This document shows positions 1 through 9,346 of a stretch of 64,000 nucleotides of DNA, one piece after another. The translations under genes were made by a program, and so were the position numbers. Position 1 is the first letter of the stretch, and every line of letters begins with the position of its first letter. Below the pieces are notes generated by a model. The model worked only from the letters and a program-made list of their open reading frames with translations, was not told the origin of the DNA and did not search any database. The stretch spans positions 105 through 64,104 of the forward strand of contig JAWOLH010000017.1 of assembly GCA_033853695.1 (NCBI GenBank), given 5' to 3'. The stretch is from Gemmatimonadales bacterium (GTDB taxonomy: Bacteria > Gemmatimonadota > Gemmatimonadetes > Gemmatimonadales > GWC2-71-9).

Positions 1-724
1 CGTCGTCGCGGTGGCGGGGCTCGCGCGGGGCACGCGCGGCGTGGCCCCGGCGACGCGGGTCGACATCGAGGGGAAGACGCAGCTCCTCGATTCGCACGAA
101 ATGAAGGCGACGGCGGCGAAAGCCCGCGGACCGACGCGGCAACAGTTCGTGGCGAAGCGGCGCTCCTCGCTCGTGCCGATCCTCATCGGCGCCGTGGTGG
201 TGCTGGGACTCGGCGGTGGAGGGTACGTGTTGCTGGTAGGACGCGGCGGTGCCGCCGCAGCGGCGCCGGACACGACGCACCGTCCGATCGCGAGTGCCCC
301 GGTCGACTCGGGGAAAACCGCCCTGCTCAGTAATCCCACCGGGACGACGAAGGCGACGCAACAGCACACCGGCAACACCGGGACGACAGGTGGTGGGCTG
401 GTACGGGATTCGGTGAAGCCGGCGCCGTTGTCGCATCCTGCGGGATCGGGGATCGATGTCAGTCGAGCGCAGGAACTGCTCGACGACATGATGCTGAACC
501 AATTGAAGGCCGCGACGGCAACGTGGATTCGGGACTCGGCGATGAAGTTCTTCAATGCGCCGGGGATCGCGAGCAAGGACAAGGCGTACGCGGCGTTCGT
601 CGTGGGCAATGCCTACTTCAGCCTGAACGATCGGACCCAGGGGTGCCAATGGGTCCATACCGCCAACCAGATCGACCCGGCGAGTTCCGTGTACAGCGGC
701 TTCCTCAGCCAGTGTCCGGGCTAG
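1..724 (+). CDS. Single-pass membrane protein, 3' portion (5' end probably off-window)
   Basis: Frame is open from nt 2, with no stop before the GTG at 11. A basic stretch precedes the TM helix LVPILIGAVVVLGLGGGGYVLLV, followed by a T/G-rich linker and a helical C-terminal domain. TAG at 722-724. Confidence 0.5.
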   Translation, partial: VVAVAGLARGTRGVAPATRVDIEGKTQLLDSHEMKATAAKARGPTRQQFVAKRRSSLVPILIGAVVVLGLGGGGYVLLVGRGGAAAAAPDTTHRPIASAPVDSGKTALLSNPTGTTKATQQHTGNTGTTGGGLVRDSVKPAPLSHPAGSGIDVSRAQELLDDMMLNQLKAATATWIRDSAMKFFNAPGIASKDKAYAAFVVGNAYFSLNDRTQGCQWVHTANQIDPASSVYSGFLSQCPG

Positions 725-729
725 CGCGC

Positions 730-1767
730 ATGTTCGGCCGCTCGAAACCGATCACGATCCGCGTCTTCGGCAAGACGGACGTCGGCAAGGCCCGCGACCA
801 CAACGAGGACAACTACCTCGTCGCGGACCTGACCAGGAAGGATCCGTCGCCCCCCACCTCCGAGCGCGCCTACGACCTGGGCGAGCGCGGCCTGCTGCTC
901 ATGGTCGCCGACGGGATGGGGGGCGCGGCCGCCGGGGAGCTGGCGAGCGAGATGGCCACCGACACGATCTACAGGAAGCTCGTCGACGAGTGGCTCACCG
1001 AAGCGGAGGCCACGGGACAGCGCTTCGCCTACCGGCTGAAGGAAGCGGTCGAGTCCGCGAACCACGCGATCCACGATTACGCCAAGGCGCACCCGGAAAA
1101 CCGCGGCATGGGCACCACCGCCACCGCCGTCGGGATCCTCGACGATCATCTGTATCTCACGCAGGTGGGCGACAGCCGCGCGTATCTGATCCGCGGCAAG
1201 GAAGCGCATCAGCTCACCAAGGACCAGTCGCTGATGCAGCGCCTGGTGGAAGCGGGAGAGCTGACCGAAGAGGAAGCGGCGCAGAGCGATCGGCGCAACA
1301 TCATCCTCCAGGCGCTGGGCCCCGACGCCAAGGTGAAGGTGGACCTGACGCATCAGGACCTGCGGCGCGGCGACATCCTCGTGCTCTGCTCCGACGGCCT
1401 GTCGGGACAGGTCAAGAAAGAAGAGATCGCCAAGACGGTGCTCGGCTCGAACGACCTGGATACCGCGGCATCGCGCCTCGTGGGACTGGCGAACGAGCGT
1501 GGCGGGCCGGACAACATCACCGTCGTCCTCGCCCGTGTGGATGGCGACGGCCTGGCGCAGCCGCGGCGGTCCGAGGACGTCGGCCACCAGCCCTTTCCCC
1601 TCGTCGATACGGAGATCAGCACCGAGCCGGTCCCGGTCTACAAAGGCAGCAAGCCTCCCGTCTCGACCAAGCGGGCGGCCGAAAGCCGCTGGAAGCTCTT
1701 CGCGCTCCTGATCACCGCCGTCGCGCTCGCGGTCGGCGCCATGGTCTGGGCGCGCGGCAAACCGTGA
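730..1767 (+). CDS. PP2C-family Ser/Thr protein phosphatase with C-terminal membrane anchor
   Basis: ATG at 730. PPM motifs GKTDVGKARDHNEDN, MVADGMGG, GDSRAY, LCSDGL and GGPDNITVV. C-terminal hydrophobic helix LFALLITAVALAVGAMVW. Confidence 0.9.
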   Translation: MFGRSKPITIRVFGKTDVGKARDHNEDNYLVADLTRKDPSPPTSERAYDLGERGLLLMVADGMGGAAAGELASEMATDTIYRKLVDEWLTEAEATGQRFAYRLKEAVESANHAIHDYAKAHPENRGMGTTATAVGILDDHLYLTQVGDSRAYLIRGKEAHQLTKDQSLMQRLVEAGELTEEEAAQSDRRNIILQALGPDAKVKVDLTHQDLRRGDILVLCSDGLSGQVKKEEIAKTVLGSNDLDTAASRLVGLANERGGPDNITVVLARVDGDGLAQPRRSEDVGHQPFPLVDTEISTEPVPVYKGSKPPVSTKRAAESRWKLFALLITAVALAVGAMVWARGKP

Positions 1768-3206
1768 AGGCGCAGTTCAAATTCCTGTCCGGCGCGCGCA
1801 CCGGACACGTCGAAACGTTCCAGAAAGCCTACCTCGGGCTCGGCCGCCACCCCCTTTCCGACATCCGCTTCGACGCCGAGCGCGACCTCGATGTCTCGTC
1901 GCGCCACGCCGCGATCATGGCGAAGCCCGAGGGATTCGTGCTGCAGGACCTGGGCTCGAAGAACGGCACGTACGTGAACGGCGAACGCCTGACGGCCGAG
2001 CGCCGGCTGGTCGACGGCGACGTGATCGGCTTCGGCGCCAAGGGCCCGGCGCTCGAGTTTCGCATCCTGACCGGTGCGGAGGACGAGCGGCTCACCGAGA
2101 CCGCCGCGGCGGCCGAGGCCGCGGCGGGCCGCCTGTCGAACCCGAAGCAGGTCGTGCCGGCGACCGTTCCACCGCCGTCGCGGCGGCCCGGCGCGGCTCC
2201 CCACCGGTCCCGGTCCACCACCGCGATCATCGAAATGGCCACGGCGCCGTGGCGCCGCACCGCGACGATCCTCGTCGCGATGGTCCTGCTCGTCGTGGGG
2301 CTCGCGCTGTTCGTGGTGTGGAAAGGAGCCCAGGACCGCAAAGCCGAACTGGCGCATATCCGCGCCTGGGCCGACAGCGTGGCCGATCAGGCGCAGCACA
2401 CCGCGCAGCAGTTCCAGACCGAGATCCAGGGGCTGCACGACGCCAACCAGCAGTCGGTGGCGGAGATCGAGCGGCTGCGCCGCCAGCTCGCCGATGCGGG
2501 ATCGGACGCGGGAACGGTCCGCGCGCTGCGCGGGCAGCTCGAGCAGGCGCAACAGCGCCAGCAGCTCATCGCCGGCGCCGGTGCCGTCGACTACCGCGCC
2601 ATCTCGTCACGCAACCAGGACGCGGTGGCGCTCGTGCTCGTCGAGTTCTCGGAGACCGAGCGCTTCTCGGGCACCGCCTTCGCCGTCGATTCACAGGGAA
2701 CGCTGGTCACCAACAAACACGTCCTCGTCGGCGAGAACGGCGACAAGACGCCGCGCCGCATCGCGGTGAAGTTCTCCGGCAGCAAGCAGTGGTTTCCGGG
2801 ACGCTACGTCGGCGTCTCCGATGCCGCCGACCTGGGCGTCCTGAAGGTCGATATCAAGGGCGGCACGCCGCGCGTGCAGGCCCTGAACCGCGACCCGCGC
2901 AGCCTGCAGCGCGGCGACCCGGTGGCGATCATCGGCTATCCCTTGGGACTCGACTTGCCGATGGAAGGCCAGGGCACCGACGTCGTCGCCTCCCCCACCC
3001 TCACCGTCGGCACGGCGAGCAAGGTGCTGCCCACCGTCGTGCAGGTCGACGGCTACGGGGCGCCCGGCTCCTCGGGGAGCCCGATCTTCGATCGCGACGG
3101 CCGGGTGGTGGCGGTGCTGTACGGCGGGGTGCAGGAGTCCAACGGCAGAATAATCCTCGCGATTCCGGTGAGCTTTGTGGCGAGTTACCTGTCCACGATA
3201 CACTGA
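1764..3206 (+). CDS. FHA domain / TM / coiled-coil / trypsin-like (S1) serine protease fusion protein
   Basis: GTG at 1764 overlaps the PP2C stop (GTGA). N-terminal FHA signature (LGRHPLSDIRF...SRHAAI...LQDLGSKNGTYVNGERL). TM helix ILVAMVLLVVGLALFVVW. Q/A/E-rich heptad-like region. C-terminal protease motifs TNKHV, DLGVLKV, GSSGSPIF. Confidence 0.8.
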   Translation: MKAQFKFLSGARTGHVETFQKAYLGLGRHPLSDIRFDAERDLDVSSRHAAIMAKPEGFVLQDLGSKNGTYVNGERLTAERRLVDGDVIGFGAKGPALEFRILTGAEDERLTETAAAAEAAAGRLSNPKQVVPATVPPPSRRPGAAPHRSRSTTAIIEMATAPWRRTATILVAMVLLVVGLALFVVWKGAQDRKAELAHIRAWADSVADQAQHTAQQFQTEIQGLHDANQQSVAEIERLRRQLADAGSDAGTVRALRGQLEQAQQRQQLIAGAGAVDYRAISSRNQDAVALVLVEFSETERFSGTAFAVDSQGTLVTNKHVLVGENGDKTPRRIAVKFSGSKQWFPGRYVGVSDAADLGVLKVDIKGGTPRVQALNRDPRSLQRGDPVAIIGYPLGLDLPMEGQGTDVVASPTLTVGTASKVLPTVVQVDGYGAPGSSGSPIFDRDGRVVAVLYGGVQESNGRIILAIPVSFVASYLSTIH

Positions 3207-3209
3207 CTG

Positions 3210-4316
3210 CTACGGAGCGGTGACGTGCCCGAGCACGCGGGGGCCGCGGGCCCCCGTCGCCGCGGGAAGATTGCCGGGTCTCCCGAGGATCGTCTGTAGC
3301 CCCAGAAACGCGAACGCCACCGCCTCCTTCGCCTCCCCGTCGAAGAACAGCTCGTCGAACCGTCGCACCGGGCGCGAGCGCACACGCGCCACGAGCTGCT
3401 CGACGAGCGCCGGGTTCCGGGCGCCGCCCCCGGAGATGACGAGCTCGTCCTCCGGCGCGGCCGGCGTCCAGCGCTCGAGGGCCCGCCCGATCGACTCGAC
3501 GGTCAGGGCCGTCGCGGTCGCCACGGCGTCGTTCCCCGCGCCGGCCAGGGCGATCACGCGATCGGCGAACGCAGCCCCGAAGTGCTCGCGCCCCGTGCTC
3601 TTGGGCGGCGCCAGGTCGAAGAACGGATCGGCGAGCAGGGTGGCGAGCGCTTTGACCGGGACGCGCCCGCGCCGGGCGCGCTCCCCGTCGACGTCGTACG
3701 GTGCTTCGGGGTCGAGCGTCCGGGTCACGGCGTCGATCACCGCGACGCCGGGGCCGGTGTCGAACGCCAGCGCGCCTTTCGTCTCACCGCGCCGCGGCAC
3801 CCAGGTGACGTTCGCCATTCCCCCGATGTTCAAGAGCAGCCGCCCTCGCTCGGGGTGCCCGAACAGCATCACATCGGCGAGCGGAACGAGCGGCGCGCCC
3901 TGGCCACCCGCCGCGACGTCGCGCGCGCGAAAGTCGCTGACCACCCGCACCCCCAGCCGTTCGGCGAGCACCGCGGGATCGCCGAGCTGCAGCGTGGCCC
4001 GGCCGGGCTCGTGCCAGACGGTCTGCCCGTGTGAAGCGACGAAGGCCAGGTCGCGCGGGGAGATCTTCGCCCCGGCGAGGAGCTGCAGCACGGCGCCGGC
4101 GAACCGCTCTCCCAGCGCCACGTGCAGGATCGAAAGCTCCCGCGCCCCACCGCGGGCGATCGCCTCGATGATCTGGCCACGCTCCGCCGCGCTGTACGCT
4201 TCCTGATGAAAGGCGGCGAGCGCGACCGCCGGAGGATCGTTCTCGAGCCGGACCAGCGCCGCCGACACCCCGTCGAGCGACGTCCCCGACATGAGCCCGA
4301 CGGCGAGGTAGGTCAC
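3210..4316 (-). CDS. anmK: Anhydro-N-acetylmuramic acid kinase
   Basis: VTYLAVGLMSGTSLDGV start region, GGQGAPLVP, NIGGMANVT, ISGGGARN. GTG at 4316 overlaps the murQ stop (GTGA). The longer track ORF (to 4985) is a shadow extension across murQ. Confidence 0.9.
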   Translation of the reverse strand: MTYLAVGLMSGTSLDGVSAALVRLENDPPAVALAAFHQEAYSAAERGQIIEAIARGGARELSILHVALGERFAGAVLQLLAGAKISPRDLAFVASHGQTVWHEPGRATLQLGDPAVLAERLGVRVVSDFRARDVAAGGQGAPLVPLADVMLFGHPERGRLLLNIGGMANVTWVPRRGETKGALAFDTGPGVAVIDAVTRTLDPEAPYDVDGERARRGRVPVKALATLLADPFFDLAPPKSTGREHFGAAFADRVIALAGAGNDAVATATALTVESIGRALERWTPAAPEDELVISGGGARNPALVEQLVARVRSRPVRRFDELFFDGEAKEAVAFAFLGLQTILGRPGNLPAATGARGPRVLGHVTAP

Positions 4317-5248
4317 TGAGCCGGCGCGACGGGCGGAGGATCGCCGACGACGGCGCGCACGAATCCGCCCGCCCGCGCGAGCCGCGCGGCCGCTTCTTCC
4401 TTTCCCACCCGTGCCTTTACCATGACGATCGCCAGCTTCACCGATCCTCCCGCGTCGGCGATCGCGGCGCGGGCGCGCTCGCGGTCCACACCGCAGGCCT
4501 CCATCACGATGCGCTCTCCACGGTCCTTGAGCTTGTCGCTCCACGCCATCAGGTCCACCATCAGATTGCCGTACGCCCGGCCGCTGCGAATCATGGCGCC
4601 GGTGCTGATGGTGTTGAGCACGAGCTTCGTGGCGGTACCGGCCTTCATACGAGTGGAGCCGGTGAGGGCTTCGGGGCCGACGACTGCGACGATCGCGACG
4701 TCGCAGGTGTCGAGCAGCAGCTTGGGAGGCGGCGAGCAGGACACGATGACGGTCTTCGCCCCGAGCGTTTGCGCCCGGGACAGGGCGGCGCGGACGTACG
4801 GCGTGGTCCCGCTCGCCGCGATCCCGACCACGACGTCGGCGGGGGTGACCCGGGCGGTGTCCATCGCCGCCATCCCCGCGTTGACGTCGTCCTCGGCGCC
4901 TTCGGCGCTTTTGACCAGGGCGGGATATCCGCCCGCGATCACCCCCACCACGCGCTCGGGCGGCGTCCCGAACGTCGGCGGACATTCGGCGGCATCGAGC
5001 ACACCGAGGCGACCGGAGGTCCCGGCGCCGACGTAGACGAGCCGGCCCCCCGCCGCGAACGCCGCGACGACGAGGTCGATCGCCTGGGCCATGCGCTCGC
5101 GCTCGGCGTGCACCGCCTGCGCCACGGTCTGGTCCTCGGCGTTCAGCAGGTCGACGATGTCGAGACTCGAAGCGACGTCGATGCGCTCGGTTCGGCGGCT
5201 GCGCTGTTCGGTGAGGCGGGGATCCAGGAAGCCGGGGCGATCGGTCAT
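4313..5248 (-). CDS. murQ: N-acetylmuramic acid 6-phosphate etherase
   Basis: SIS-domain motifs GRLVYVGAGTSGRLGVLDAAECPPTFG and GIAASGTTPYV. ATG at 5248 is preferred over the TTG at 5260. Confidence 0.9.
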   Translation of the reverse strand: MTDRPGFLDPRLTEQRSRRTERIDVASSLDIVDLLNAEDQTVAQAVHAERERMAQAIDLVVAAFAAGGRLVYVGAGTSGRLGVLDAAECPPTFGTPPERVVGVIAGGYPALVKSAEGAEDDVNAGMAAMDTARVTPADVVVGIAASGTTPYVRAALSRAQTLGAKTVIVSCSPPPKLLLDTCDVAIVAVVGPEALTGSTRMKAGTATKLVLNTISTGAMIRSGRAYGNLMVDLMAWSDKLKDRGERIVMEACGVDRERARAAIADAGGSVKLAIVMVKARVGKEEAAARLARAGGFVRAVVGDPPPVAPAQ

Positions 5249-5303
5249 GGACGCAAACAAGCTAGTGGTTGACCCGGGCGCCGCCAGTCATACACAATTG
5301 ATC

Positions 5304-7079
5304 ATGCGCATCCTCCCTCTCCTTCCGTTCCTCCTGGTGTCGGCATGTGGACACTCCACCGGCGCCCGGCTTTCCTCCGCCCCAGCGCCCGCGTCGCCGA
5401 CTGTCGCCAGTGTGCCGCCGTCCGCGACCGCCCCGCAGTCCGGGCCCTGGCCCGCGACGTGGGGTCTCGCGGGCCGGGCCGTCGCCGTGACGTCGGCCCA
5501 CGCAATGGTCACCACCGGGCATCCGCTCGCCACCGAGGTCGGCCGTCGCATCCTCGAGCAGGGCGGCAACGCGATCGATGCCGCCGTGGCGGTGGGCTTC
5601 GCGCTCGAGGCGGTGCTGCCGTCGGCGGGGAACATCGGCGGCGGCGGATTTCTCCTCTACCGCGATTCGGCGGGGAGCGTCAGCGCGCTCGACTATCGCG
5701 AGACGGCGCCCGCCGGCGCGTCGCGCAACATGTATCTCGATGCGTCGGGGAACCTGACCGACGCCAGCGTCACGGGCCACCTCTCGTCCGGAGTGCCGGG
5801 CAGCGTCGCGGGGATGTACGAAGCGTGGCAGCGGCACGGCCACCTGCCCTGGGCTACGCTCGTTGCTCCCGCGATCGCGCTCGCCGCGGGACATGTCCTC
5901 GATGCCTCCCGCAGCCAGGACATCGCCACAGACGCCGACCGGCTGGGGCGCTTCGCCGCCTCGCGGGCGCAGTTCCTGATCGACGGCAAGGCGCCGGCGG
6001 CGGGAGCGACGTTCCGCCAGCCGGATCTGGCGCGCACACTCACGCTCATCGCCGATTCGGGACCGGGGGTGTTCTACCGCGGCCAGATCGCCGATCTGAT
6101 CGTGGCCGAGATGCGTCGCGGGCACGGACTCATCACGTTGGCCGATCTCGCCGCCTATCGGCCGCTGTGGCGTACGCCGGTGCGCATCACCTATCGCGGC
6201 TACACCGTGTACTCGATGCCCCCCGCCAGCTCGGGCGGCGTCACGATGGGGGAGATGTTCAATATCCTCGAGGGATACGACACCCTGCCGCCGTTCGGCA
6301 GCGCGGCGCTGGTCCACCTCGAGGCGGAGGCGATGCGGCGCGCCTTCGTGGACCGCAACCGCTGGCTGGGCGACCCCGATTTCGTCCAGATGCCGATCGA
6401 GCGGCTGCTCTCGAAATCCTACGCCGCGACGCTGCGAGCGCAGATCGATCGGCGTCGCGCCACGCCGACGCCGCCGTTCGAGACCGGGGCGCCGGGGGGC
6501 CGCAACACGACTCACTACTCGATCGTGGATGCGGCGGGCAACGCGGTTTCGGTCACGACCACGTTGAACGACAGTTATGGCAGCGCCGTCACGGTCACCG
6601 GTGCGGGGTTCCTGCTCAACGACGAGATGGACGATTTCGCGGCGGCGCCCGGCAAGCCCAACATGTACGGCCTGGTGCAGGGTGAGGCGAACGCCATCGC
6701 GCCAGGCAAGCGCATGCTCTCGGCGATGACGCCGAGCATCGTGCTCGATCCCCAGGGGAAGCTCTTCTTGGTGCTCGGCGCCCCGGGGGGCCCGCGGATC
6801 ATTACGGCGGTATTTCACGTCATCAGCAACGTCATCGATCACCACATGACGCTGGCGATGGCGGTCGAAGCCCCGCGGTCCCACCATCAGGCGCTCCCCG
6901 ACACGATCTCGCTGGAGCACGGCGGATGGACCGCGGCGGTCCTGGACTCGCTGCGCGCCATGGGCCACGCGGTGCATGAAACGGGTTATCACGCGCTCGT
7001 GATGGCGATCGAGCGCGGCCCCGCCGGGTGGATTGGAGTGGCGGATCCGAGAAGCGGGGGGAATGCGGCGGGATACTGA
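5304..7079 (+). CDS. ggt: Gamma-glutamyltransferase, lipoprotein-type signal
   Basis: MRILPLLPFLLVSAC lipobox-like signal. GGT motifs GGNAIDAAVA, GIGGGGF, nucleophile region TTHYSIVD, GGPRII. Start at ATG 5304, internal to the track ORF. Confidence 0.9.
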   Translation: MRILPLLPFLLVSACGHSTGARLSSAPAPASPTVASVPPSATAPQSGPWPATWGLAGRAVAVTSAHAMVTTGHPLATEVGRRILEQGGNAIDAAVAVGFALEAVLPSAGNIGGGGFLLYRDSAGSVSALDYRETAPAGASRNMYLDASGNLTDASVTGHLSSGVPGSVAGMYEAWQRHGHLPWATLVAPAIALAAGHVLDASRSQDIATDADRLGRFAASRAQFLIDGKAPAAGATFRQPDLARTLTLIADSGPGVFYRGQIADLIVAEMRRGHGLITLADLAAYRPLWRTPVRITYRGYTVYSMPPASSGGVTMGEMFNILEGYDTLPPFGSAALVHLEAEAMRRAFVDRNRWLGDPDFVQMPIERLLSKSYAATLRAQIDRRRATPTPPFETGAPGGRNTTHYSIVDAAGNAVSVTTTLNDSYGSAVTVTGAGFLLNDEMDDFAAAPGKPNMYGLVQGEANAIAPGKRMLSAMTPSIVLDPQGKLFLVLGAPGGPRIITAVFHVISNVIDHHMTLAMAVEAPRSHHQALPDTISLEHGGWTAAVLDSLRAMGHAVHETGYHALVMAIERGPAGWIGVADPRSGGNAAGY

Positions 7080-7083
7080 AAGA

Positions 7084-7114
7084 GGAGGATGGTGGGGTAC
7101 CTCCACCATCCTCC
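7084..7114. terminator. Hairpin between convergent ggt and lipoprotein genes (12-bp perfect stem)
   Basis: GGAGGATGGTGG-GGTACCT-CCACCATCCTCC read directly from the sequence. Lies in the 44-bp gap between two convergent stops. No clear U-tract. Confidence 0.55.
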
Positions 7115-7123
7115 GCAACCTCC

Positions 7124-7945
7124 TCAGCTCGCTTTTACCACCAACGGCGCACTCAGCGTCGCATTGATATGCGCGCCCTTGGGAAGCACCACATCGATGT
7201 CGCGTGACTGGTTCGCGACGGCTGCGCCCGCCCCGGCGCCCACCACACCGCCGATAATGGCGCCTTTGGCGTTCTTGCCGAGCACGCGGCCCAGGATCGC
7301 ACCGGCCGCCGCGCCGGCGCCCACCTTCGCGACGTCTGCGCCCGTCACGCCGCGGCCCTGTTTGACCGTCTCCAGCGAATCGATCCGCGCCTCGATCGGG
7401 TAATCGGTGCCCCCCACGGTCACGCTGGTGAATGCTACGGTGAGCGTGCCGGGAGTCCGCGGATTCGGTGCGGGATCCGATGCGACGACCCTGCCGTGCA
7501 CCACCGACCCGGCGGGAATCACCACCTGACCCTGGGCGTTCTTGACGTCCGCCACTACCGAGCCGGTGAACGACGCACCTGCCCTGGTGTTGCGGGTGGA
7601 GATGGTGTCAGTGATCGCCACGTCGACGAACGTCCCCACCCCGGCGGTGCGTGTCGCCGGCGCCGACGGCTGCGCCGGGGCGCGCGTCGGCTGGGACGGC
7701 TTCGCGGCGGGCGGCCGTGACTTCGGCGGCGCCGCCGAGGTCCGTGGAGTGGCAGGTGCCGGCGTCGCCGGAACGTCGTGCATCGCCGCCGTCGACTCCG
7801 TCGGCGCGAGGGTGAGATTGCGCGCGGTCGAGTCCGCGGGCTGCTGAGCAGACTTGTCGCTCTTGGCGCAGGCTGCCAGGGCGGCCAGGCCGATCACGGC
7901 GCCGAGGGGCCGCCAGCGACAGAGGTCGGAAATCCGGGAAGTCAT
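7124..7945 (-). CDS. Lipoprotein with P/A/T-rich linker and C-terminal glycine-zipper segment
   Basis: Signal plus lipobox LAALAAC. Pro/Ala-rich low-complexity region. C-terminal GAGAAAGAILG...GAIIGGVVGAGAGAAV glycine-zipper pattern. Confidence 0.65.
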   Translation of the reverse strand: MTSRISDLCRWRPLGAVIGLAALAACAKSDKSAQQPADSTARNLTLAPTESTAAMHDVPATPAPATPRTSAAPPKSRPPAAKPSQPTRAPAQPSAPATRTAGVGTFVDVAITDTISTRNTRAGASFTGSVVADVKNAQGQVVIPAGSVVHGRVVASDPAPNPRTPGTLTVAFTSVTVGGTDYPIEARIDSLETVKQGRGVTGADVAKVGAGAAAGAILGRVLGKNAKGAIIGGVVGAGAGAAVANQSRDIDVVLPKGAHINATLSAPLVVKAS

Positions 7946-8074
7946 TGGTCCTCACTTGTGAGAGCGGCCGAAATCTCGTCAATTGGTCAACGTGGCATCA
8001 AGGGCGTTCACGCCAACTTCATTAAATGGCGATACATTCTCATGCCGTTCAACGAGTTCTCAAAAGGAGCCCCC

Positions 8075-8764
8075 GTGAACCGTAAGCCTTTGGCCATTCC
8101 GGTGCTGCTGGCGCTCGCGTGTTTGGTGCCGGCCGCCAGTCATGCGCAGGCACCCGCCGGCGCGACGTTCCAGTGTAAGGACGGCACCTACTCGACGGCG
8201 AAGACCGCGAGCGGCGCATGCTCACGTCATGGCGGCGTCGCCAAGGCCCTGACCCCAGCCACGAAAACGACCGGGGGCGGTGCTGCCCCGGCGGGTGCGA
8301 CGTTCAAGTGCAAGGACGGCACGTACTCCACGGCAAAGACCACGACGGGCGCGTGCTCGCGCCATGGCGGCGTCGCGCAGGCGCTGACCGGCGCGGCAGC
8401 CCCCGCCGCACCCACCCCGAGCGCCACCACGGGCGGCGGCGCCGCTCCGGCCGGCGCGACGTTCCAGTGTAAGGACGGCACCTACTCCACCGCGAAGACC
8501 GCGAGCGGCGCGTGCTCGCGCCACGGCGGCGTCGATCACGCGTTGACCGCGGCGCCCGCCGCCGCACCGGCGCCCGCGGCCGCTGCCGCACCCGCCGCCG
8601 CCGCTGGAGCGGCCGCCGCGTCTGGCAAGGCGCCGACCGTGGCCCGGCCCGCCGACGCTCCCGCCAACGCGACGGCGAAGTGCCGCGACGGCACCTACTC
8701 GGCGAGCCAGCAGCATTCGGGGGCATGCTCCCATCACGGCGGTGTCGCCGAGTGGTATCAATAA
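8075..8764 (+). CDS. Secreted protein with four tandem DUF3761-like Cys-pair repeats
   Basis: AAGGAG lies 5 nt upstream of the GTG at 8075 (alternative ATG at 8042). Signal peptide ending ASHA-QA. Four copies of C(K/R)DGTYS..(4-5 residues)..GACS(R/H)HGGV. Confidence 0.75.
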   Translation: MNRKPLAIPVLLALACLVPAASHAQAPAGATFQCKDGTYSTAKTASGACSRHGGVAKALTPATKTTGGGAAPAGATFKCKDGTYSTAKTTTGACSRHGGVAQALTGAAAPAAPTPSATTGGGAAPAGATFQCKDGTYSTAKTASGACSRHGGVDHALTAAPAAAPAPAAAAAPAAAAGAAAASGKAPTVARPADAPANATAKCRDGTYSASQQHSGACSHHGGVAEWYQ

Positions 8765-8784
8765 CTCTCACGGGTTGAGGACAT

Positions 8785-9159
8785 ATGGGATTGCTGGACT
8801 CGCTGAAACAGGAAGCCACGGCCGCCGTCAACAAGTTCGCGGGCGACCATCCTCAACTGGGCACTGAGATCGCGAACATGGTGCACTCCGGACCCGGGGG
8901 GCTCTCTGCCCTCGTGCAGCAGTTCCAGGCGAACGGGCTCGGTTCGATCGTGCAGTCATGGGTGAGCACGGGCCCGAACCAGCCGATCTCGGCGCAACAG
9001 ATCCAGCAGGCGCTGGGCAGTGACAAGGTGAAGCAGATCGCCGCCCGCATCGGGCTCGACCCCAACGTCGTGAGCCAGAAGCTGTCGACGATTCTGCCGC
9101 AGATCGTGAATCACCTGACGCCCAACGGGCAGCTGCCGCCAGCGCCAGCGTCGAAGTAG
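8785..9159 (+). CDS. YidB-family (DUF937) protein
   Basis: 124 aa. GGLSALVQQFQANGLGSIVQSWVSTGPNQPIS...LGSDKV..IA...G resembles the YidB family. Confidence 0.7.
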   Translation: MGLLDSLKQEATAAVNKFAGDHPQLGTEIANMVHSGPGGLSALVQQFQANGLGSIVQSWVSTGPNQPISAQQIQQALGSDKVKQIAARIGLDPNVVSQKLSTILPQIVNHLTPNGQLPPAPASK

Positions 9160-9346
9160 CGGTCGTTTCGAACAGAAACTCCGGCGAGCCGGTCCGTGGG
9201 TTGCCTTTGGGACCCGAACCCTGTTAGATGGACGGGTGGGACCGGCTCCTCGCTGTAACTGAGCACGGTCAGGGGCGGTGGGCGCCGCACGGTCAGCCCA
9301 TCGGAGGGTGGCTGAGGTCGCGAGCCTGTAGTTCAGCCGTCAAACG

